The notes: generated by a model not told the origin, from the sequence alone. A stretch of 46,215 nt of DNA from Octopus sinensis (GCF_006345805.1 NW_021835366.1:1-46215); one strand, 5' to 3'. Numbered from the stretch's first letter, positions 13,093-25,533 are shown. A program made the numbers and translations.

Positions 13093-13304
13093 TGTTAACA
13101 TTTTATATACATATACATATGTGTGTGTATGTGGGTGTGTATGTATATATATAACTATATATACATATATATACGTAAATATAGATATATAGTTATATGT
13201 GTATATATACACATATATGTATACGTGTATATATATATATGTATAGACAGAAAGCACAAAGTGGTGTCCGCATTGCTAGAAAGACAAGTCAAAACGACTC
13301 ATAT

Positions 13305-13351
<47 letters not shown>

Positions 13352-14502
13352 ATATATATGTATATAGTATGTGTATATATAGGTATAATTGTTCATATAT
13401 ATGTGTGTATGTATATGTATTTATGTATGTATATATATTTGTGTGTGTGTGTGTGTAATATATATTATATATATATGCATATGTATACATATATCTCTAT
13501 ATAAATATAAATATAAATACACACACACATATATATGTATACATGTATGTATAGCATCTAATATTGTATTGTAAGGATGAATGCTGAACACAGCATTTGT
13601 AAACGAGTATTTTTTTCTCTGTGGGATAGCATGTTTCGAATGGTTTCATGTGAAGAGGAATATCTTAGAAATTTGTCAAGCATGCCACAACGGGACTTGA
13701 CTCCCCCTTTTCAGTTTGAATCAATATATGTGTGTGACTGTGTGTCTGTGCGTGTGTGTATTGAGGATTTGGGAGAGAGAGAGATTGTTGTTAAAGAGAT
13801 AGGGGATGTATGAATCAATCGATGTGTAATCGAGTTTCAAGTACTATTCTCATGAGAACCATATTTGCGGTGAATAATAGAAAGCCAGATTGCGGACAGG
13901 GAGGGCAATAACAGCTACAGATTCTGAGAGATCTCTGTGTACCAGATGAATAGACTCAGCACACGCTAATGCCTACAGATGTGGCTAATGTATTACTGAA
14001 TTATTTTGACGAAAACTCGAAATTGACAAAATTGCAATTCATGCTTCGCAAGTCATGCGTCAGATTGCTTAGAGAGGGAGGAGGATGAATTATGAAAGAA
14101 ATATAGAGAGAAGCGTAAAATATGAGGTGCAGAATGCGTATAAATTCTATGCTTTTGGGGGGCAATGATACATTTCTGAAAAATACACATTTTTTGATGA
14201 AACTTTATCTCGATGTATTTTCGATAGAGTTGGTTATGCGATTATATTGATAAAATTTATAAAAATAGTTATAAATTTATTGCAAACATACAAATGAGAA
14301 ATTTGTTATCATTAATTTTACTTTAGGCTAATAAATATTTTTTCTTTCGAAAATTAGTATTCCGTTTATCATTTTATATAAGCACTAAGAAATTTGATAA
14401 GACTTCCTTTGCATTTGATGTGTGTATGGCTTATTTCCTGATGTTACACAAGAGACAGCAAACATATACGTCTAAAGTTACCCGTCAAAACACTCGTAAC
14501 AG

Positions 14503-14574
<72 letters not shown>

Positions 14575-14729
14575 CGAATGAGTGGAGAAACTAATGCAAA
14601 ATGCACTCAACACATGTGGGGTGAACTACATATTTTTATCTAAAGCATTTTGATTCTGCTCCATGTGACTTAAATTTTTGCAGGTTTGCGTGTGAAACGT
14701 AGCTAGTTCAGGATAGTATATATATGTAT

Positions 14730-14872
14730 ATAAGCTTGCGTTCCAACCACATGGTCCTGTGTTCAGTCCGACAGCGTGGTACCATGGACTACTGTCTTCC
14801 ATTATACCCTGAGGCTGATCAAAGCCTTGCGAATGGATTTGGTAGGCAAAAACGGAAAGACGTCTGTCGTAT
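14730..14872 (+). mobile_element. SINE-B 5' part, degenerate
   Basis: CCAACCACATGG...GTTCAGTCC...GGATTTGGTAGGC. Confidence 0.75.
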
Positions 14873-14904
14873 ATATATATATATATATATATAATATAAA
14901 AATA

Positions 14905-15120
14905 ATTGCGCCCTTTTCAAAGCCTAGCCAGGCTCATGGGCACGGTTTCCCGGTTTCAATGGCGTATGTGTTCCCCAGCTGGACGGGACGCCAGTCCATC
15001 GCAGCTTCACTCATTTTTGCCAGCTGAGTGGACTGGAGCAACGTGAAATGAAGAACAGAATGCGATGCCCGGCCCAGGAATCGAAACCACAAATTTACGA
15101 TCACGATCCTGACACCCTAA
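14905..15120 (-). mobile_element. SINE-E (head and core shared with D/F, distinct 3' half)
   Basis: GGACGGGACGCCAGTCC...CTCATTTTTGCCAGCTGAGTGGACTGGAGC; homologs at 30997-31462. Confidence 0.8.
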
Positions 15121-15225
15121 GTGAAATCAGAGTTTGGCGTCTCTTTGAAATTCATAAATGCCTCTTCGTAAAAGAGACCCCTCACTTCTATATATGTAAC
15201 CTATATATATATATATATATGTATG

Positions 15226-15447
15226 AAGGCGGCGAGCTGGCAGAAACGTTAGCGCGCAGGGCGAAATGCTTAGCGGTATTTCGTCTGTCGTTACGTTATG
15301 AGTTCGAATTCCGCCGAGGTTGACTTTGTCTTTCTTCCTTTCGGGGTCGATAAATAAAGTACCAGTTTCGCACTGGGGTCGATGTAATCGACTTAATCCC
15401 TTTGTCTGTCCCCTCTATGTTTAGCCCCTTGTGGGTAGTAAAGAAAT
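15226..15447 (+). mobile_element. SINE-A full length
   Basis: Head through GTAGTAAAGAAATA. Confidence 0.92.
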
Positions 15448-15893
15448 ATATATATATATGTATGTGCGTGTGTTTGTATATATGCATATGTATGTATATT
15501 TACAGACACACATGCATATATATATATATATGTGTGTGTATATTTATATGTATATATATATATATGTATGTATGCATGTATATATGTATATATATATGTG
15601 TGCGTATATATGTGCGTGTGTGTTTTAATGTGTATGTGCGTGGGCAGAATCTTCAGGTCCGCCACTTTCTCAGAACCACATTATGAGCAGAAAGTTTGGT
15701 TTTGTAAGTTTTATTTTAATTCGAATGCACTGAGATATACTAATTACTTGAGGCATAAAGAAAGCAATAATAACATATTAATAGATTTATTTCCTCCATT
15801 TTAATCAGATATTTTATTTAAATGTTATCTTCGCATTCCACCTTCACTAGAAGAAGAACAAAATTACTCTATGTGCTCATATATGTTGGTTGG

Positions 15894-16209
15894 TTCCGCC
15901 GAGGTCGACTTTGCCTTTCATCCTTTCGGGGTCGACAAATAAAGCACCAGGCTCACACTGTGGTCGATGTAATAGACTTAATCCCTTTGTCTGTCCTTGT
16001 TTGTCCCCTCAGTGTTTAGCCCCTTGTGGGTAGTAAAGAAATAGGTATTTCGTCTACCGCTACATTCTGAGTTCAAATTCCGCCGAGGTCGACTTTGCCA
16101 TCCATCCTTTCGGGGTTGATAAATAAAGTACCATTTTCGCACTGGGGTCGATGTAATCGACTTAATCCCTTTGTCTGTCCTTGTTTGTCCCCTCTATGTT
16201 TAGTCCCTT
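15894..16209 (+). mobile_element. SINE-A head-to-tail dimer
   Basis: Junction AAATAGGTATTTCGTC at about 16040-16054. Confidence 0.9.
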
Positions 16210-16389
16210 CTGAGCAATAAAGGACTATATACGTAGGTTGGTTTAGCTTCACGGGTGCCATTGACTAGAAATAAGTGTTTATGAGACATAGGGGAGTCTT
16301 TATGACATCGCTCCACCTTTGTTTTTATATATTTATGTTGTGTGGACGCCCCCAGACGATGAAGTAGGCTAGCCCAATACGTAGATATA

Positions 16390-16600
16390 TATTTTTACTA
16401 CCCACAAGGGGCTAAACATAGGGGGGCAAATAAGGACAGACAAAGGGATTAAGTGCGAAACTGGTACTTTATTTCACGACCCCGAGAGGATGAAAGGCAA
16501 ATTCGAACTAGGCGGAATTTGAACTCAGAACGTAACGACAGACGAAATACCGCTAAAAATTTCGACCGGCGCGCTAACGTTTCTGCCAGCTCACCGCCTC
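16390..16600 (-). mobile_element. SINE-A with a 17-bp target-site duplication
   Basis: CCCAATACGTAGATATA at 16373-16389 and 16601-16617. Confidence 0.93.
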
Positions 16601-16793
16601 CCCAATACGTAGATATAGAGGGAGAGGCCTTGACGTCGAGAGGAGGAGAATAGAGTAGAGTAGCAGTTGAGGAGTAGACTAGAACACCGTTGAGAAGCGG
16701 TCAGAGTACTAGGGAGTCGAGCAGAGTTGAGTAGAAGACATCCGTACGTGCGACATAACAATTTACAGCAGCGTAGTGGATATTCAAGGTGTA

Positions 16794-17177
16794 GTGGAGG
16801 CGCAATGGCCCAGTGGTTAGGGCAGCGGACTCGCGGTCGTAGGATCGCGGTTTCGATTCCCGGACCGGGCGTTGTGAGTGTTTATTGAGCGAAAACACCT
16901 AAAAGCTCCACGAGGCTCCGGCAGGGGATGGTGGTGATCCCTGATCTACTCTTTCACCACAACTTTCTCCACTCTTACTTCCTGTTTCTGTTGTACCTGT
17001 ATTTCAAAGGGCCGGCCTTGTCACTCTCTGTGTCACGTGAATATCCCCCGAGAACTACGTTAAGGTACCGTGTCTGTGGAGTGCTCAGCCACTTACACAT
17101 TAATTTCACGAGCAGGCTGTTCCGTTGATCGGATCAACCGGAACCCTCGTCGTCGTAACCGACGGAGTGCTTCCAAC
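16794..17177 (+). mobile_element. SINE-C full length (tRNA-derived; possibly octopus OR1-like)
   Basis: A box TGGCCCAGTGG, B box GTTTCGATTCC; 12-bp TSD ATTC(A/G)AGGTGTA at 16782-16793 and 17178-17189; highly similar to 31535-31920. Confidence 0.92.
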
Positions 17178-18104
17178 ATTCGAGGTGTACCAATATACCT
17201 CCCCATATTCGACATATTTGGTCCTGTAAAATACGAGAGCTCTTTCTGTTACATCCTGTAATATGATCCCGATGTTAACTGTGAGAATGTCTCTTTTAGC
17301 ACTGACCTTGATTTCCAAATCAAGAACATGTATGTATTCATGCAATGAAATGAAGAAAAAGAACTTCCTGTTTCCTATTTTCTTCTTTACTATTTCGGTT
17401 TATTTTTGAATTGCACTTTTTATAGCAAAGGATTTCATGTGCGACTGCCTTGAAACTAAAGCAATTACAGCATCGAAAACACACACTAGTCACTCAAAAG
17501 CTCTCAAAAGCTGTTAACAGCTTTTAAGCATTTAGCATTCATACGTCAAATATTTCGTTTCTGGATCCGCGACCTGGTCACTGGTAGAGATCCACTGCAA
17601 AATATATGTTTATACTTCATAAAATTATGTACGTCTATTCAATACACGGAAGATAATTCCGATGCAATATGATAATACACTACTGAGATATCTCTTTGAG
17701 CGACTAGTTTCAGTCATTAGAACGCGGCCATTCTGGGGCACAACTTTGGAGGATATAGTCCAATAAATCTATCCGATATTCATATTCTAAAGCACGGTCT
17801 TTATTTTCATTTGCTGAATCGCTACGTGGGTGCTTCTCCGACCATACATGTAGTTGAGTAGGCCTAGCTCTAGAAGCAGGCGCAACCACACTGGTCATAT
17901 AAAATGAGACTCCTCAGAGAGATGTTTAAAAAACCCCATATATTTACCAGGGTATTTCAACTGAATTAATTTTTTTCAATTAAAGAAATATGTATGTAAA
18001 TTAAAGAAATCTTAGGGTGTGAAAGATGGCCTTCATCTGAATGTGATGTGTTTTAGATTACGATCAATCTTACGAAAATCGTATTCATGCCACACAAACA
18101 CACG

Positions 18105-18136
<32 letters not shown>

Positions 18137-18694
18137 TACATACACACACACACGCACCCACATAAATATCTAATATTTTTGAAATAGGTGTATTAGTGTG
18201 TTGAAATGATGAGTAGATCACTGGTACACCTTGGGCTACCTGGTGTCATCCGCATTCGGTATATATATATGTGTGTGTGTGTGTACACCCCACACATATA
18301 TATGTGTGTGTCTTCACGTGTGTGTGTGTGTACATAAATACGCTACAAATTTCTTTCTCTTTCCTGCTATCAAATCCGCGAACAAACTTTTGGTCCTGGA
18401 TCTATAGTAAAAGACACTTTCCTAAGGCGAGACACTGAGGGATTTGAACCCAATACTACGTGATTGGGATAGAAGCTGCTTATCCTATAAACCACCGCTG
18501 AGCCTATGTTGATTTTAAAGATAAATAGTTAATTGATTTCAATTATGGCGAAAACGCAATGTTGTGGAAACTACAGGGAAAAAGTTACTATCGAAAAAAG
18601 ACAATGTCAAGAATAATGTTTATTTGATATTAAAATTAATTTCTTGTATTCAAACACACGTATTACAATATATACATATATATTATACATATAC

Positions 18695-18742
<48 letters not shown>

Positions 18743-19042
18743 CGTATATATGTTGTAGTAATGGTATATGTGCGTATATATGTATATATCATATAATGAT
18801 ATATATATATAGATATATGTAAATACTATATCATGTTATATCTATGATATATATATATATCTACAGATATACATATTATATAATTATATGTTTGTGTATG
18901 TATACATGTTACATAATGAATCATGTATGTATATAAACATATATACATTGTATAATGATTTATGTGTATGTATATAGTATAATGGTTTATGTGTATATAT
19001 ATATGTGTGTTTGTGTGTGTACATGTATATATATATATATAT

Positions 19043-19074
<32 letters not shown>

Positions 19075-19202
19075 CTTATACATGCACACTTGTTAAGTTT
19101 CTTTAATAGATTTTTCCCCTCAAAATTGTAACATAATCATAACAGTCAACTAATTAAATATTTATTCTGAAACTTGAAGATTGTTATTTCTTTAACTACT
19201 GG

Positions 19203-19330
19203 TGATGATGATGATGATGGTGATGATGATAAGAATGAGGATGATGATAAGAATGATGATGATAACAGCAACAATAGCAATAATCAAAATAATAGCAATA
19301 TTAATGATGGTTGGAGTAATAATAATGATT
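19203..19330. repeat. Degenerate (GAT)n/(AAT)n microsatellite
   Basis: Directly visible. Confidence 0.9.
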
Positions 19331-20394
19331 AATTTACATATAATAATCATTTTTATCTTACATTTCGAAATTTTTGCCTTTTTGTTTCAGGTTAATTCAT
19401 ACCTGATTAATTCTACAGTTTTCGGGATCGAGTGAAATATTGTTAAATAAACAGATTTTCTTGATTACCTTCCAGTGAAAATTAAAATATTTTAAAAATT
19501 AAAACAACAGAATGTCATTAAGTGGTTATCTCTTTGCTTCCCAAAGAACTCTCTCTTCACGTAAATATTTATCCATTTGACTCATATTTATGTGTTTTGA
19601 GATATTTTTATATTAATGTATTTTAAAATATTCTTACATACAAATGACATTATAGCGTTTTCGTTTCTCTACAGTCATAATCCTTTGTTGATTCTTCTTT
19701 CTTTCCGATGGTTAATGTTTGAAGAATTTATCACGAAGTGTGTTAGAATTTCAGGCATTTACTACTTTGTATTTACTCAGGCTTTCCTTAATTCCTTCCT
19801 CTTATTGCTATTCCATTCATTATTGCTAAACAGCAACGTGACTTAACCGCTTCTACTCGCCCACACTCTCCTAGTCTCCTTGTAAAATTGCACATAGATA
19901 GATAAATGTGATTTGCATTATTTTAAAGTGCATCTGCTAGTGAGTCCTACATTCAGAGTTCTAAGAATTTGAAGAGTGTGGGAATTGTTCTTAGACACTA
20001 TTATTTTCAGCTTTACACTCCCAGGGTCACAGTTATGCATTAATTAATGTCACACAATGGGAACCCGAAGAATGTCGCTCACAGTCACCCGCCCAGGGTC
20101 GTAGAGCAGATGAGGCCCATTAGCTTTTTAGCTGATAAACAAAAGGAAAAATGGTAACTGCATACAAAGCCTGAATGCTGATATCTAGTGGGTTCCTGGC
20201 ACTGGTTTGCCCTGACCAATACAAGAGTGAAAGAAGAAGAAACTGAGAATGACTCTGCAAAAACTGTCGCCACTTTAATGATATCCATTGTCGTCCAAGA
20301 CGTTCAATTAACCAAGACGCCATTTACAACGCCACCAGACTCCGTTTCGGAATACCAGGAGTAATATTGAGTATGGCGTTAACTGTTACGATGG

Positions 20395-20570
20395 CAATTT
20401 TTTTCCCTCTGTCTTTCCTTCTCTGGATCTTTCCTTCTCCTATGTTTCCGACAAAGAGCTCCGCTCGAAACGTTAAACCCTCCTTCTTTCCTTCTTTCCT
20501 GAGCGTCCAATAATACTATAATTGTTCCACGTCCTCGCGTTGTTGTGTATTTTTGTGCTTTCAAGTTTGG
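20395..20570 (+). mobile_element. Penelope-like element pseudo-LTR remnant
   Basis: Contains a minimal hammerhead motif; downstream sequence (AGCGT...TAATAC...TTGT) parallels that of 42325-42600. Confidence 0.6.
20444..20478 (+). ncRNA. Minimal type I hammerhead ribozyme-like motif (degenerate core)
   Basis: GTTT-CCGACAA-A-GAGC(TCC)GCTC-GAAA-CG-TT-AAAC. Confidence 0.6.
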
Positions 20571-20603
20571 ATTAACTTCATTATATATATATATATATGC
20601 ATA

Positions 20604-20781
20604 TGACAGGCTTCTTTTGGTTTCCGTCTATCAGATCCACTCACGAGGATGCGGTCGGCTCGAGGCTATAGGGGAGGATACTTACCTAAGATGCCACCCT
20701 GTGGGACTGAACCTGGAATGGATGGGAATGGATGGGAATGGATGGGAAGTAAGCGTCTTACCATACAGCCACTCTTGCGCC
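20604..20781 (-). mobile_element. SINE-B 5' part with an internal (GGAATGGATG)3 expansion
   Basis: GTGGGACTGAACC and CATACAGCCACTCTTGCGCC. Confidence 0.85.
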
Positions 20782-20790
20782 TATATATAA

Positions 20791-20882
<92 letters not shown>

Positions 20883-20904
20883 ATAATAATAATAATAATA
20901 ATAA
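20791..20904. repeat. Perfect (TAC)30(TAA)8 compound microsatellite
   Basis: Counted from the sequence. Confidence 0.97.
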
Positions 20905-21195
20905 TTTTTTGCGATAAAAAAACATGGCTGTGTAGAAATTAGAGCATTTATAGATAGAAGGTCTTACAGCTTTTTCTAGAATATTTATTAATAATATCCC
21001 TTCATCGGCGACCTCAACTTCTAGCTATGTATATATATATACACAACTATAAGAGAGAATTCACTATGTGGACGCTCTTACGCTAGATATAGATCCGCAA
21101 AGGGAATCCACCACCAAGAACTGTTCCCAAGAAATAAGTCAACACACCCAGAATGTAAGCGAGCAGGACAAATGAAAAATAAAAAAATATAGATT

Positions 21196-21234
<39 letters not shown>

Positions 21235-21319
21235 TATATATATATATGTATATATACATATGTCGGTGCCCCAGCATGTCCACAGCTCGTGAGCTGAAAC
21301 TAGATAAAATATAAATATA

Positions 21320-21403
<84 letters not shown>

Positions 21404-22291
21404 CATACATACATACATACATATATATGTGTGTGTATGTGTATAGGTACATATGTATACACATGGCGATCTTCAGCATTGTTTTTTTTGCTTTTCTACC
21501 AAATTTCCAGAAATCAATTAATTTACACCACATCTAAGGTAAGACACTTGCCTAAGGTGTTACGCATACACCATATACACAAGAATTCTTTTTTACGTTG
21601 GGTAAAAGTTCAACCCGCAAATCATCTTGTCGTCCTAGGCTCTTCTAAAGTGCAGAGCCATGCTAGACACAATATCCAGGCCATTGCGATATTACGTACG
21701 TTACGGAAAAGGCTTCTATCCAAATGTAGACGCTGTACGTTTGTATTTCTTGTAAGGAATAATTCGAGCAGAAATGAAATTGTGCATTGCACACATTTCA
21801 ATTACTTCGTTGTATGATTGTCTCAGTAACTAGCGACATAAATATCGAATTTTAAATTAATAAACTTGTCATTCCTGATTATATGAATAAATTATTGAGT
21901 TTCGAGTTCATTGAATTGATTCGTTTTTCATAGTGATTAAATATATATATATACGTGTGTGTATATAAGTCTCTGTATGTGGGTGTGTGTATACATACAT
22001 ACGTAGATAAATAGGTTCGTTTACGCACACACACATATGTATTTATATATATAGGTATATTTCTGAACATGTGTGTGTCTATGCTTATGTGTTTGTGAAT
22101 GAGTGAGTGTATGTGTATATGTATGTATGTGTGTGTTTTATTGGAAGTGAACTGTTTGCTTTGACCACGATTTGAATGGCGAACTCGATGTCTTTGACCT
22201 GCGGTCATGAATATATACCAAAGACTGTGATTGCAGACGTGCGTGTAGATGTCTCTGTCTAGGAAGTCACAAGGTGCTTACTATAGTATTG

Positions 22292-22338
<47 letters not shown>

Positions 22339-22375
22339 ATAACTTTGTAGAAGCAAACAGTTCACTTCCATAAAA

Positions 22376-23040
22376 CAGCTCTCCAAACGGGCTTGGGACA
22401 ACAATAAGCTGACCAAGACCACGAAAATGAAGATCTACCAGGCATGTGTACTCAGCACTCTACTGTATGGAAGCGAGACCTGGACGCGATACAACACGCC
22501 CAAGAGCGTCGCCTAAACATCTTTCACCTGCGCTGCCTCCGAAAAATCCTCCGCATCAAATGGCAGAATCATATCCCCAACAAAGATGTCCTCAGGCAAG
22601 CAGGAATACCAAGCATGTTTGCACTCCTCACACAAAGACGTATGAGATGGCTTGGGCATGTTAGCTGTATGAAAGATAGCAGAATCCCCAAGGACATACT
22701 CTACGGAGAGCTTGCTAGGGGTACTAGGTCTGTGGGTAGACCATTCTTACGTTACAGGGATGTTTGCAAAAGGGATATGAAGGCCTGCAACATCAATATT
22801 AGCGGTTGGGAGGCAGTTGCCGGCAACCGTGGAGAATGGCGACGTACAGTAAAAGAGGGAATACAAAAGAGTGACAGAGAGAGAGAGGAGAAATGGAAAG
22901 AAAGGAAGAGACGTAAACAAGAGACTATGGCACTACAACCAGCCAGGAACAGTCTTCGCTACATTTGCGGTACCTGCCAGAGGGAGTGTTTGTCCAGGAT
23001 AGGACTACACAGCCACAGCAGGAAATGTATCAGGACATGA
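22376..23040 (+). pseudogene. RTE ORF2 C-terminal fragment with a single frameshift near 22495
   Basis: Frame of ORF 22446 (to GSETWT) switches to frame of ORF 22444 (QERRLN...); stop TGA at 23038-23040. Confidence 0.9.
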
Positions 23041-23170
23041 AATATAAAAGCCGGACTAGACTACAAAATGAAATATAAAAGCCGGACTAGACTACAAAAA
23101 AAGAAACAAAAAAAAACATGCGCAACTCCATTGTCTCCCGAGACAGAAAGGATGCCAATACAATACAATA
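22376..23170 (+). mobile_element. 5'-truncated RTE-clade LINE (ORF2 C-terminus, 3' UTR stem-loop, (AATAC)n tail)
   Basis: KMKIYQACVLSTLLYGSETW, RRLNIFHLRCLRKIL, QRRMRWLGHV, PKDILYGEL, RPFLRYRDVCKRD, terminal CxxC...HSHSRKC knuckle; 3' TGTCTC-CC-GAGACA hairpin plus GGATGCC plus AATAC repeats. Confidence 0.95.
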
Positions 23171-23176
23171 TATAAC

Positions 23177-23330
23177 TAAAAATAAGGGTGTCTGAGAGAC
23201 ACTACCATGCCGAAATAGCAGTCAAAACCCTGATTTTAAAAACCACGACCCATTTGCAACGTGGTTTTTAAAGTCTGGGTTTTGACTGCTATTTTGGCAT
23301 GGTGGTGTCTCTCAGACACCCTCATTTTTA
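23177..23330. mobile_element. 154-bp foldback/MITE-like palindromic element
   Basis: Arms of about 71 bp (23177-23247 and 23259-23330), 11-nt loop, TA at both ends. Confidence 0.7.
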
Positions 23331-23424
23331 TTTGTAAAAAATTATTACCTTTGTACGGTACTTTTTCCCATGCTGGCCACTTGATAATATCGATATTTAA
23401 ACATCGATATTATCCTTATTTATA

Positions 23425-23477
<53 letters not shown>

Positions 23478-23508
23478 TATATGTATGTACATGTATGTAT
23501 ATTATATA

Positions 23509-23549
<41 letters not shown>

Positions 23550-23571
23550 GTATGTATATATATATTGTATA

Positions 23572-23602
<31 letters not shown>

Positions 23603-24245
23603 CATGTATATATATATATAAAGGATGAATGCATTTGGTCCGGCGTGCTAACATTTCCTCGAACTCGCCGCCTTACGAAGCTTAATATATGTATATATGT
23701 ATATATATACCTCTTTTAATCGCCTTTTATGGCACGCAGAGGAATGGTTGTGTCTGCTGCTATTCACAGAAGCCATTTATGGCTTTCCTGTCTAGGGTTT
23801 TTGAAAAAAGAAGAACTATTATAGCTACCATCAATGATGATTTCTGAACTTTAAATGAGATAACGGCAAAAAAGGAATTGGTTTGTGTCTTGTTGATGTC
23901 GGGGATCACGTAGTCTTTATCTACAGGAATCAATCAGACGTCTTAGATATTATTTTCTTTAACACAACCACTGTTTAAGTTTGAAGACTATGAAAATATA
24001 TAGGAAAATGAGTGGCAAATATCGGTAATATCAACGACAAGCAGTAATAAGCCATCCGTACGCAAAAGGAATTCCGAAGGGCAACCAGGTGACTTTTGCG
24101 AAAATTGAGTAAATCACTCAGCAAACAATTTGTCCAACTTTTGTGAATGAAAGAAGACCTTCTCCATTTGCTAAGAAGCGGGATCGATATCACGTAAAGA
24201 AGGAGCATTCTCCGATGAAGATGACTTCATCTCTCAGAAGGAAAA

Positions 24246-24513
24246 GGCACTCCGTCGGTTACGACGACGAGGGTTTTAGTAGGTAGCCATCTGTTGAAAT
24301 TAAGGAGGAAGTGTTTGAACATTCCACAGACATGAGTACACATTACGTAATTCTTATAGGGATTCAGAGTAACACGATGTGACAAGGTCTGACCCTTTGA
24401 ATTAGATGTAAGTCTCATTTTTGCCAGTTGAGTGAAATGGAGAAACGAAAAATAAAATGTCTTGCTGTCGGTAATCGAACTCAGCGCTTTACGATCCTGA
24501 GACGAATACCCTA
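24246..24513 (-). mobile_element. SINE-D (about 270 bp; possibly OR2-like); 3' block shared with SINE-C
   Basis: GGCACTCCGTCGGTTACGACGACGAGGG matches the SINE-C tail; core CTCATTTTTGCCAG shared with E/F. Confidence 0.8.
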
Positions 24514-25408
24514 TCGACGAAACTACGCACTTATCTTTCACGAAGAAAGCACAACTCGCCAATGAACCTAAGTTTCTCGTTAATTCTATTGGGTGTTGGA
24601 GACTGGGTTGAGGAATTAGAGATTTTTGAGTTTCGCCAAATGGAACGAAAGCGATGCAAATCAGAAAGAAAACGGCTGTAGCATGGGCAGAACATGTCCA
24701 AACCCAATTCAATATACAATAATAGCATTTTCGTATAAATTAAAGATTTTCCATTTAAATATTTCATCAAATCTTTAGTCTTAAATTCCAAATGAAGAAA
24801 TATCCACCCGTAAGTTATGGGCAACGTATTGTCCCTCTCCAAAGCATCAGATCCACTTGAAATCTTTTGACGTAACACCGTTTCCTCCTGGCTTTACAAC
24901 CTGAGTTCAAATACTGTCAAAGTCATCTTTTCAATCTTTTAAGTGTCGATAAAATAAGTACCAATCATACACAAGGGTCGATGTAATTGCTTAGAAACCC
25001 CAAATTAAATGCTTTGTGGCTATTGTCGACAGAGTTATTACCATTATGGCTATCAGTAATAAAAATTGTATTTTAGACTTTCTGTCTTTCTGTCATCGGC
25101 GTCCCCGTCTCTCAACTCATCAGGTTCGCCTTATTTTCTATTTGAAATAAAACATTGTGTATCATTTATTCTCAGGATACTCGTATTCGTTTATAAACTA
25201 AAACCACAGGCGTAGATGAATAAATATATTCGTTATAATCATAATTATTATGGAGAGGAGAAATGAAAGAATATTTCGATTCAATAAAGCTATAGAAATG
25301 GTGTATGTACGAAATACTTACAGAAAAATGAACATACCTACATACACACACACACACACCCCACACACATACACACAGACACAGACAGACACACACACAC
25401 ACACACAC

Positions 25409-25533
<125 letters not shown>

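Noticed and set aside
16794-16870. tRNA-like sequences at SINE heads
   Set aside because: The cloverleafs are incomplete and run into SINE bodies with TSDs, so they are not tRNA genes
17106-17345. VLDLEIK resembling a Penelope RT motif
   Set aside because: The expected downstream YRKPT-type motif is absent
20120-20564. Minus-strand echoes of an RTE APE endonuclease (LSET, GGV, ISIQALYAVT)
   Set aside because: The motifs need several frameshifts, and LSET is simply the reverse complement of the plus-strand hammerhead, which explains the region better
20649-20942. ORF with a long poly-Leu/poly-Ile stretch
   Set aside because: Translation of (TAC)30(TAA)8 plus a SINE head
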